The position numbers and the translations under genes were made by a program. Below, one piece after another: positions 56,298 to 64,000 of a DNA stretch of 64,000 bases. How positions within the stretch are numbered: position 1 is the stretch's first letter; every line of letters starts with the position of its first letter. The notes beneath the pieces are model-generated. The model made no database searches, was not told the origin of the DNA, and saw only the letters and a list, made by a program, of their open reading frames with translations. Location of the stretch: the NCBI GenBank assembly GCA_964353775.1, contig CAYGWB010000002.1, forward strand, positions 69,185-133,184, in the 5' to 3' direction. Origin of the DNA: an uncultured archaeon (GTDB lineage: Archaea; Aenigmatarchaeota; Aenigmatarchaeia; Aenigmatarchaeales; JAHLMS01).

Positions 56298-57281
56298 ATG
56301 CAAAATCCTTTCCGGTACGCCAGAGGTGCGGACGCCAAACAGCTGATGGAGGACAAGTTCAGGCAGGCTGGCGTAGCCGCGAAGCGGGCGAAGGTAGAAG
56401 GATATATTGCGGAGAAGGCGGCCCAGAAGGAGGGCGTCAGGATCAAGATGGTCGGTTCGTCCATCAGCGGCGAGCTGAAGGCCGTTGCGAAGTCCTGGCC
56501 GCATTTCTATAGGATGCCCGCGATATACAGGGAACTCTCAGAAGTGCTGGTCGGCTCGTACAAGATAAGGAAGTCGGCCGAGTTCTGCGTGTGGACGGCC
56601 AACCAGATAAAGGACCTGCAGATGATATCGCTGAAACGGCTGGAGCACATACGCACGACGTTCGATGCCAGGAACGTGCGGCAGTATTTCTACGGAAGGA
56701 CGTCCGCTTATCTTAGGCGCTGCAGCCGTGAGCTGAAAGTGTTGACAGATGCCTCGACGCTGCTGAGGGACATACCGGACATACAGGACCTGCCAAACAT
56801 CATCATAGTCGGGCTGCCGAACGTAGGAAAGACGAGCATGCTGAGGGCGCTCACAGGCAGTTCGCCTGAAATCTCGCCTTGGCCCTTCACGACAAAAGGT
56901 CTCATGCTTGGCTACACCGAATTCGGGTTCCACAAGGTCCAGTTCATCGATACGCCAGGCCTTTTGGACAGGCCGGCATCTAAGCGCAACCCCATAGAGA
57001 AGCAGGCCGTGACCGTGCTGAAGCTGCTGGCCAACTTGATAGTCTACATCTTCGACCCGAGCGAGACCTGCGGCTATTCGCTCGAGCAGCAGATCAGGCA
57101 GTATCATGACATAAAGAAGACGTTCGATAAGCCCATCATTGCCGTTGCGAACAAGATAGACATCGTCGGCAGCAGGCCTGTCTTGGAGATAGGGCTGCCA
57201 GCAATCCCGGTGTCCACCGATACAGGAGAGGGTATCGAACTGCTCAAGAAAACGATAAGGGAAAAAATCAAGCCCGAGTGA
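56298..57281 (+). CDS. NOG1-family GTPase
   Basis: 'GLPNVGKTS', 'PFTTKG', 'DTPGLLDRP', 'RNPIE', 'CGY', 'NKID'. Confidence 0.92.
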   Translation: MQNPFRYARGADAKQLMEDKFRQAGVAAKRAKVEGYIAEKAAQKEGVRIKMVGSSISGELKAVAKSWPHFYRMPAIYRELSEVLVGSYKIRKSAEFCVWTANQIKDLQMISLKRLEHIRTTFDARNVRQYFYGRTSAYLRRCSRELKVLTDASTLLRDIPDIQDLPNIIIVGLPNVGKTSMLRALTGSSPEISPWPFTTKGLMLGYTEFGFHKVQFIDTPGLLDRPASKRNPIEKQAVTVLKLLANLIVYIFDPSETCGYSLEQQIRQYHDIKKTFDKPIIAVANKIDIVGSRPVLEIGLPAIPVSTDTGEGIELLKKTIREKIKPE

Positions 57282-58272
57282 CGGTTATTGTTCTAGGCCC
57301 GCCTTCGATCCTGAACCTTACTGGAAGGAAGCTCTCGATGACCGAGATGTTCGTCAGCATGTGCTGGGTTATCTGGCCGACCGCGATTGTTCCTGAGCCC
57401 ACAATCGCCATGTACGGGAGTAGCATGTCACCCACATGTCGGTCGACCGTACTGTCAATGTCTGCCAGTAGGTTCTTCACGGCCTCCTTGGCCACGTCCT
57501 CTGCAGACTTGCTGATTTCGCCGATTGCATCGCCACCGATGACGGAATTTTCAGTTTTGGCGACCAACAGCAGACCAGTGCCCGGAGAAATAGAATCGAC
57601 ATATACGATTTCTACTTTCGGCTTCAAGCCGAACTTTTCTGTCAACAGCCTGGCAGCAGTTTCCGCCTGCCGTTCGGCAACCTTTCTTTCCTTCAGCCGT
57701 TGCGAGGCAATGGACAGGCAGAATATTTCTTTCAGTTTTCCCGCGTTTGTCAGTTGCAGCTCTTTAGGCTTCAGCGGCGCGGTCGTGACTTCTACTAGCG
57801 CGCCGCCTTTCGGATAAAAGCCGTCACGGACGACATTTATTTTCGTGTCGTCGCCCAGCAGGGGAAACAGCACGTGCTGCAGATAGTAAGGCGAGGGCGC
57901 CCACTTGCCGAACGTTCCACCGCCTTCGAACTTTATATTGATAGACTTGGGCAGCTGAGAAGTTGGAATCAGCAGAGCCTGCAGCACGAGTCCGATGGAG
58001 CCGGCCGTGTTGATTTTTATTTTCAGGTCTTTGGCTTGGAGCTTCTTTGGGATGAACTCAAGCTCGGACGAGCCGACTGCCAGCCCTTTAACTTCTGCGT
58101 CACAGAGCTCGGCAAGCGACCTTATGCCTTCCATGTGCTGGACCTTCAGACCGGGCGGTTCTCGCGAGCCGCGGATGTTCTTGATACGGACAGGTTTGCC
58201 GGTCAGCGCAGAAAAGGCAACGGCAGTGCGTACGAACTGTCCGCCAGCCTCTGCGCCGTCCAGTTCTATCAT
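57268..58272 (-). CDS. rtcA: RNA 3'-terminal phosphate cyclase
   Basis: 'GGQFVRTA', 'NIR..R..PGL..QH', 'TAGSI', 'GFYPKGG', 'H..TN'. Confidence 0.93.
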   Translation of the reverse strand: MIELDGAEAGGQFVRTAVAFSALTGKPVRIKNIRGSREPPGLKVQHMEGIRSLAELCDAEVKGLAVGSSELEFIPKKLQAKDLKIKINTAGSIGLVLQALLIPTSQLPKSINIKFEGGGTFGKWAPSPYYLQHVLFPLLGDDTKINVVRDGFYPKGGALVEVTTAPLKPKELQLTNAGKLKEIFCLSIASQRLKERKVAERQAETAARLLTEKFGLKPKVEIVYVDSISPGTGLLLVAKTENSVIGGDAIGEISKSAEDVAKEAVKNLLADIDSTVDRHVGDMLLPYMAIVGSGTIAVGQITQHMLTNISVIESFLPVRFRIEGGPRTITVTRA

Positions 58273-58925
58273 ATCAGGCCGAACCTTCTTTTCAGGAGCC
58301 AGAAGAAGTTCTTGAACCCTCTGATCATCGCGCCCTTCGGGTGGAAAACAGGAACCTTTATTTTTATTTCAGCGATTTTGAACTTGTTTCTCCATGCTTC
58401 GTATGCAGCATCCATCTCACGCTCGTAGCGCATCCCTTTCAGTTTCATCTTCTTTGCCGCGTCCAATGTCATGGCCCTGAAGCCGCATTCAGTGTCGTGC
58501 AGGCCGGTCGGACATAGTATATTCGTAAGTAACGTAAGGCCCCAGTTCCCGATTTTTCGGTCTAACGGATAGTTCGAGAGATCGCGCCAACCAGCGACGT
58601 AATCATAGCCCGTACGGAGCTTCGATATGAACTCAGGAATATATTTTGGGTCTAGCTGGCCGTCCGCGTCGACGAAAATTATTGCGTCGGGCTTCAATGA
58701 GATGGCCTTCGCAAGCCCGAACCGAGACGCGGCGCCGACGCCCATGTTGTGCGGAAGCTTCAAAACAGAAGCGCCAGCCTTCTTTGAAACATCAGCGGTC
58801 CCGTCTTCCGAGCCGTCGTCGACGACAATTACTTTTTGAATTGACGGCAGCTTTTTCGTCCTCTTGATGACCATGCCGATCGTATCGGCCTCGTTGTAGG
58901 CCGGTATAACCACAACTACTTGCAT
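58269..58925 (-). CDS. Glycosyltransferase family 2 (DPM1-like)
   Basis: 'IPAYNEA', 'VDDGSED', 'DADGQ', 'DTECGFRA'. Confidence 0.9.
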   Translation of the reverse strand: MQVVVVIPAYNEADTIGMVIKRTKKLPSIQKVIVVDDGSEDGTADVSKKAGASVLKLPHNMGVGAASRFGLAKAISLKPDAIIFVDADGQLDPKYIPEFISKLRTGYDYVAGWRDLSNYPLDRKIGNWGLTLLTNILCPTGLHDTECGFRAMTLDAAKKMKLKGMRYEREMDAAYEAWRNKFKIAEIKIKVPVFHPKGAMIRGFKNFFWLLKRRFGLI

Positions 58926-58970
58926 GGACAAGAGTTTGTAGAAGGCTTTATAAATATTAACAAGTCACTC

Positions 58971-59213
58971 ATGGGCATGGACGAACACGAAGCAAGACGC
59001 ATGGATTACCTGTTGGATTTGGCCGAATATGGACCCATGAGCTACGGAGCTTTCCTCGAATACATTCGGGATAAAAACGGAACACAGCTCGACGTGCTCA
59101 TGCTGGGCAGAATGGGCTGCATAGAAACGGACGGTCCTGAACTTTGCAGCGTGACTCCGGACGAAACGATGCTGGAGGTCACGGAAAAGGGCAGGTACAA
59201 ATTGAGTTCTTAG
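58971..59213 (+). CDS. Small hypothetical (wHTH-like) protein
   Basis: 80 aa, 'LGRMGCIE...VTEKGR' resembles a wing; TATA upstream. Confidence 0.45.
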   Translation: MGMDEHEARRMDYLLDLAEYGPMSYGAFLEYIRDKNGTQLDVLMLGRMGCIETDGPELCSVTPDETMLEVTEKGRYKLSS

Positions 59214-60457
59214 AGTTTTATCTCGTCGCCGATGTGCGGTGCGATGGCGTCGATGCCGAACCGGCTCTTCAGCTCGGTCGCGAAGCGATCGCAGTAGTCG
59301 CCGTGCATGCAAACCACCTGCTTCGGTCTAATGTTCTTCACGAAGTCAAGCAGCTGCGTTCGACCGGCATGCGCAGAGAAGTCGAAAGTCTGGATGTTCA
59401 TCTTGACCGCCAGGTCCACGTCCTCCATCACGAACCTGCCCGTGTCCAGCAGGTATCGTCCGGCCGTGCGAGGTATCTGGAAGCCCGTGAACAGAAGGCC
59501 GCACTCCGGCCGTCCGTACAGATGCCGCATGTACATCACACCCGGTCCACCGTCCAGGCAGCCGCCGGTCGTGACAATAGCGCACGGTTTCTTTATTGCG
59601 TCCCTGCGCTCATCGTCGCTGTACAGCGGTATGACCTTGTCCATGGCCCTTTTCAGTGCGGTCGGATCGCGGAGCAGCTCAGGATAGTGAAGGATTATGT
59701 CGGTCGCCTCCCTGGCCATGCCGTCTATGTAAATCGGATAATCGGGCTTCGCAGAATGCAGGACCATCAATATCTCGGCTGCGCGTCCGACAGCGAAGAC
59801 AGGGATAAGAGCGATCCCGCCGTTGCTGATGGTGTTCTGGACGGTCTCGATCAGCTTCTTCTCGGTCTCGTTACGAGGCGGGTGGTCGCGGTTGCTGTAA
59901 GTGTTCTCCATCATCAGGACATCGATGTCCTTAAGTCCGCTCACCTGCGCGCCGTTCAGCAGCCTGGTCGGCAGGGTGTTGAAGTCGCTCGTATAAAGTA
60001 TCCTTTTCCCTTCAGCCTCGACCAGCGCCATTATCGATCCGGGTATGTGGCCGGCGTCATGCACGTCGAGTCCGAACGGCCCGATTTCGAGCCGCTGGCC
60101 GTAGGTTATGCGGTTCTCCTGCTTGGCCATCAGGTCCAACTCGCGGAAGCTAAAAATCTCCGGTCGACCTTTTAGGCGGGCTATCTTTATGCTGTCCTTG
60201 AGCAGCAGACGACCTTGGTCGATCGTGGCGGCAGTGGCGTAGACGTCCATGCTCCCCTTTCGGAAAAGCGCGGGCAGAGAGCCGATATGGTCGAGGTGCG
60301 GATGGCATATCACGGCCGCATCGGCCGCGGTAGGAACGGGCGTTTCGCCTGTCTCAACTTTCAGTCCGTAGTCCAGCAGCAGGCGCCCCTGTCTGGTCTG
60401 CAGTAGAACTGCATTTCGTCCTACCTCTCTGAATCCACCGAAACATTTTATAATCAT
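59210..60457 (-). CDS. MBL-fold beta-CASP ribonuclease
   Basis: 'GGFREVGRN', 'HPHLDH', 'AGHIPGS', 'ENTY', 'PVFAVGR', 'FSAHA', 'MHGD'. Confidence 0.92.
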   Translation of the reverse strand: MIIKCFGGFREVGRNAVLLQTRQGRLLLDYGLKVETGETPVPTAADAAVICHPHLDHIGSLPALFRKGSMDVYATAATIDQGRLLLKDSIKIARLKGRPEIFSFRELDLMAKQENRITYGQRLEIGPFGLDVHDAGHIPGSIMALVEAEGKRILYTSDFNTLPTRLLNGAQVSGLKDIDVLMMENTYSNRDHPPRNETEKKLIETVQNTISNGGIALIPVFAVGRAAEILMVLHSAKPDYPIYIDGMAREATDIILHYPELLRDPTALKRAMDKVIPLYSDDERRDAIKKPCAIVTTGGCLDGGPGVMYMRHLYGRPECGLLFTGFQIPRTAGRYLLDTGRFVMEDVDLAVKMNIQTFDFSAHAGRTQLLDFVKNIRPKQVVCMHGDYCDRFATELKSRFGIDAIAPHIGDEIKL

Positions 60458-61809
60458 TTATTTTCCCTCATTAATTTCTTGAACAGGCTGAACAACGCAC
60501 CGAGATATGAATTCTTGGCCTTGTCGCAGCACGCTTCTATGTAGTCATTTGACATGACACGCTCTTTAAGCTCAGGGAGCTCGCACTTGGTCGTCGAGTG
60601 TATATAGAACGGTATGCCGAGCAGCATCACCATCACGGCGACGAGAAGAGGCGTCGGTGGCAGCTGGGTGAGCGTGACAAGGATAACAATGGTTATCACG
60701 ATCACCGAATATGCAGGCTTCGGCTTCTCATACGGCTTGCGAGTGTAGTAACGTAGCAACCGAGCGTATGCCAGGCAACCGGATATCAGCGATATCGCTA
60801 GCAGGCTGAACGAGAAGAATATCAGCCCACCGATGTCGTTGCTGAGACTGGCAGCAAACGCCACGACAGCCTGCGTTGCAAGCGGTATCAGCAATATGTC
60901 GCCTCGCCTGTATTTTGCGATTATCTTCGGCAGCATGCCGTCGGCGGTCATGGCCATTGCCGTTGTGCAAACTTGCGGAACCCTGGCCGCGTTCGGGCTG
61001 GCAAACGCCGTGATGGCCGCAAGAGCCGCTATGGCGATACCGATCATTCCGAGGCCAATAGCCGTAGACATTCCAGCGGCCGCGGCAGACACCGAAATTT
61101 CCGTCTGCCCTGAGGCTGCCTGTATAAACAAGCTGAAAAGAACAAATATCACGACAGCAGCGCCAAACGCGTAGGTAACCGCCTTCCGGATATCGCACTC
61201 ATTGGATATGACAGGCAACGGCGCTATCTCGAATCCGCTGAAGGCCCACATCGCGATCGCCAGCGCCGGAAGTATGCCAAGCAAGTCTGTCGTCAATGGG
61301 AAAAATAGTGTTCCTGGTCTTGCAGCGACAAATATCGCCCCCATTGCCATGAAAATGAACAATAACAGCAGCCTGAACATCGACCAGGCACGCGGGGTCT
61401 TTGAACCAAAGACGGTCGCGACAACGACTGCGGCAATAAATAATGCTTTCAGGCCGACGGAAGCGATGAACGGCAGCTGGATCAAAAGGCTGATGAACTC
61501 GGAGACCGCTATGGCCATCATTCCGAGGATGACGGACTCGGCCCACAACGTGGACCAGCCGGCAATGAAACCGTAGAAGTGGCCGTATGCCGTGCGCACG
61601 CAGGACGAGCCACCTGACACTTGCGGTCCGAACGACGCGCAACGCAGGATACAAAGTGCAGCCATAGCCATGACTGCAGCCCCGGCCAGCCAGATAAGCG
61701 GGGAGAACGCCCCCATACCGGCGGTCAGACCGGCCGAAAGCCATATCTGGGCTCCGCCTATGCTTCCCAGAAGCATGGCAGCCAGACACAATGTTTCTTT
61801 ATTGACCAT
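60454..61809 (-). CDS. APC-family amino acid permease (divergent)
   Basis: About 12 TM helices, 'GFIAGW', 'WAFSGFE', 'DGMLPK'. Confidence 0.8.
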   Translation of the reverse strand: MVNKETLCLAAMLLGSIGGAQIWLSAGLTAGMGAFSPLIWLAGAAVMAMAALCILRCASFGPQVSGGSSCVRTAYGHFYGFIAGWSTLWAESVILGMMAIAVSEFISLLIQLPFIASVGLKALFIAAVVVATVFGSKTPRAWSMFRLLLLFIFMAMGAIFVAARPGTLFFPLTTDLLGILPALAIAMWAFSGFEIAPLPVISNECDIRKAVTYAFGAAVVIFVLFSLFIQAASGQTEISVSAAAAGMSTAIGLGMIGIAIAALAAITAFASPNAARVPQVCTTAMAMTADGMLPKIIAKYRRGDILLIPLATQAVVAFAASLSNDIGGLIFFSFSLLAISLISGCLAYARLLRYYTRKPYEKPKPAYSVIVITIVILVTLTQLPPTPLLVAVMVMLLGIPFYIHSTTKCELPELKERVMSNDYIEACCDKAKNSYLGALFSLFKKLMRENK

Positions 61810-61879
61810 CAAAAGCACCTTGCTTGAAACAAGTATGCGATGTTCTATATTTAAAAGTGCGGATGCTGAAAATTAGGTC

Positions 61880-62914
61880 ATGGACATCGAGAAGAGGCTC
61901 GAGCTGATAACGAGGAACGCTGAGGAGATCGTGACAGAGGACGAGCTCAGGCAGCTGCTAAAGGAAAAGAAGGCGCCCGTGGCCTACATAGGCTATGCGC
62001 CGACCGGCAAGCTGCACATAGGCTATTTCGTGCCGTTGATGAAGCTGGCTGACCTGATCAGCGCAGGCTTTACTGTCAAGTTCTTGATAGCCGACATCCA
62101 CTCTCACTTGGACGACCTCAAATCGCCCTGGGAACTGCTGGACGCGCGTTCCGAATATTATAAGTGCGGGATAACTGCGATGCTCAAATCTATAGGTGCG
62201 GACGTCAATAAGGTCAAGTTCATACGCGGGTCGGAGTTCCAGTTCGAGAAGAAGTACGTGCAGGACGTGCTAAGGATGGCTTCCATGACCACGCTCGCCA
62301 GGTGCAAGCGCGCAGCTGCCGAGGTCGTGAGGTTCGGCGAAGAACCGAGGCTCGGCGGTTTCATCTATCCGCTCATGCAATCGGAGGACGTGCCCGCTCT
62401 GGAAGCGGATGTCGCGTTCGGAGGCATAGACCAACGAGGGCCGTACATGCTTTCAAGGGAGATTTTGCCAGAAATCGGCTACAAGAAAACCATATGCGTG
62501 TTCATGCCGCTCATTCCTGGCCTGGTCGGTTCTGGAAAGATGTCTGCATCCGTTCCGGAATCGAAGGTGGACATAGTGGATGACGAGGCGACAGTAAAGA
62601 AAAAGGTGGAGAACGCCTACTGCCCCGCGAAAGAAGCGGAAGGCAACGGCGTCCTGTCCTTCCTCAAGTACGTCGTCATGCCGCTCAAGCAGGACGACAA
62701 GAAGGAACTGATAGTCGAGAGGCCGGAGAAGTTCGGCGGGCCGATACGCTACAAGGACTACAAGACGATCGAGAGCGACTTTGTCAACGGCAAGGTACAC
62801 CCGATGGACCTGAAGGCGGCGCTCGCGAAAGAAGTGAACGTCTTGCTTTCAACGGTCAGGAAAGATCTTGCCGGAAAGGAAAAACTTATTAAGAGCGCAT
62901 ATCCAAGTGACTGA
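61880..62914 (+). CDS. tyrS: Tyrosyl-tRNA synthetase (archaeal type)
   Basis: 'YIGYAPTGKLHIGY', 'YPLMQ', 'GGIDQR', 'KMSAS'. Confidence 0.96.
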   Translation: MDIEKRLELITRNAEEIVTEDELRQLLKEKKAPVAYIGYAPTGKLHIGYFVPLMKLADLISAGFTVKFLIADIHSHLDDLKSPWELLDARSEYYKCGITAMLKSIGADVNKVKFIRGSEFQFEKKYVQDVLRMASMTTLARCKRAAAEVVRFGEEPRLGGFIYPLMQSEDVPALEADVAFGGIDQRGPYMLSREILPEIGYKKTICVFMPLIPGLVGSGKMSASVPESKVDIVDDEATVKKKVENAYCPAKEAEGNGVLSFLKYVVMPLKQDDKKELIVERPEKFGGPIRYKDYKTIESDFVNGKVHPMDLKAALAKEVNVLLSTVRKDLAGKEKLIKSAYPSD

Positions 62915-62916
62915 TT

Positions 62917-64000
62917 ATGTTAGATCTAAAACTCATACGGGAGAATACGCAGCTGGTGCGTGCGAACCTCGAACGCAGACAGGACCCGAACCTGCTGAAG
63001 ATGCTCGATGAGCTGTTGAACGTGGACAAGCAGCTCCGCGAACTGACGGGCAAGGTCAACGGTCTGAGAGCCAGGCGCAACGAGATTTCTCTAGCGATAT
63101 CGAAGGCGAAGAAGAGCGGCGCTGACATAAACGCGCTTCGAAAGGAGGCCGAGCTGCTGCCTGACCAGATAAAGGCGGCTGAAGATGAGCTGGTGAACTC
63201 TCAGAAGAAGATGGCGAACCTGCACATGCGTCTGCCCAATCTGTTACACGAGTCCGTGCCGTACGGAAAGGACGACACCGAGAACGTGGAAGTGAAGAAG
63301 TGGGGCAAGCCCCCAAAGTTCGCCTTCGAACCGAAAGGGCATCTTGAGCTCGCGCTGGCCAACGGCTGGATGGATGCCGACAGGGCGAACAAGGTAGCCG
63401 GTCACGGATTTCTATATCTTAAGGGGCCGTTAGCGAGGCTCGACTATGCAATAATGATGTACGGGCTCGACCTGCTGATTAAAAGGAAATATGTGCTCAT
63501 CGAGCCGCCGTTCATGCTTCACAGGAAGCCGTACGAGGGAGTCACGGACTTGGCGGACTTCGAGAACGTCATGTACAAGATAGACGGTGAGGATCTGTAC
63601 TTGATAGCAACGTCCGAGCATCCGATGGCAGCGATGTACATGGACGAGGTGCTGGACGTGAAAGACCTGCCGATTCGATTCGCCGGCATAAGTTCGTGCT
63701 TTAGAAAGGAAGTGGGCGCGCACGGCAAGTACACGAAGGGCCTGTTCCGCATGCACCAGTTCAACAAGATCGAACAGTTCATATTCTGCCGACCGGAAGA
63801 CTCGTGGAAGTTTCATGACGAGCTGCAGCAGAACGCCGAGAAGCTCTACCAGGGACTGGGGCTGCACCACAGGATCGTCAACATCTGCACAGGCGACATC
63901 GGCATAATCGCGGCGAAGAAATACGACACGGAGGTGTGGATGGCCGACGGCAAGTTCAGGGAGGTCGGCTCGAACTCCAACTGCACGGACTACCAGGCGA
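62917..64000 (+). CDS. serS: Seryl-tRNA synthetase (runs off the window end)
   Basis: MLDLKLIREN..., 'LIATSEHP', motif 2 'CFRKEVGAHGKYTKGLFRMHQFNKIEQF', 'AAKKYD.E'. Confidence 0.95.
   Translation, partial: MLDLKLIRENTQLVRANLERRQDPNLLKMLDELLNVDKQLRELTGKVNGLRARRNEISLAISKAKKSGADINALRKEAELLPDQIKAAEDELVNSQKKMANLHMRLPNLLHESVPYGKDDTENVEVKKWGKPPKFAFEPKGHLELALANGWMDADRANKVAGHGFLYLKGPLARLDYAIMMYGLDLLIKRKYVLIEPPFMLHRKPYEGVTDLADFENVMYKIDGEDLYLIATSEHPMAAMYMDEVLDVKDLPIRFAGISSCFRKEVGAHGKYTKGLFRMHQFNKIEQFIFCRPEDSWKFHDELQQNAEKLYQGLGLHHRIVNICTGDIGIIAAKKYDTEVWMADGKFREVGSNSNCTDYQA

Noticed and set aside
1..64000. tRNA, rRNA, integrase, transposase or proviral genes
   Set aside because: None recognised by eye; a tRNAscan or cmscan run would be needed to exclude short RNAs fully.

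Overview
Archaeal chromosomal segment, mostly GC-rich with several AT-rich patches. The gene set (archaeal histone, RPA, RadA, Orc1/Cdc6, DnaG-like protein, NAC, SecDF, AglB, ArcTGT, TyrRS/SerRS) points to an archaeon; a DPANN lineage such as Aenigmarchaeota is plausible but is my inference. The window holds a probable replication origin (inverted ORB-like boxes around an AT-rich tract, ~28981-29227) followed by cdc6, an unannotated catalytically dead DP1 (PolD small subunit) paralog, and an intact family-B polymerase ending in a DP2-like C4 zinc finger. Together these suggest an archaeal PolB plus inactive B-subunit pair built like eukaryotic Pol alpha/delta/epsilon. A second striking feature is a ~450-bp, ~11-bp-phased array of about 30 GTGAA/TTCAC motifs directly upstream of an AAA+/winged-helix ATPase; two motifs from that locus recur at the origin. 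Also present: a RaSEA-ArcS(DUF5591) fusion near tgtA, a PAICS-like PurC-PurE fusion, a structured ncRNA upstream of dnaG, a divergent TFB, an N-glycosylation cluster containing radical SAM enzymes, and several microproteins missing from the ORF track. I saw no CRISPR array, tRNA, rRNA, transposase or integrase. Family calls come from motif recognition by eye, not database searches.
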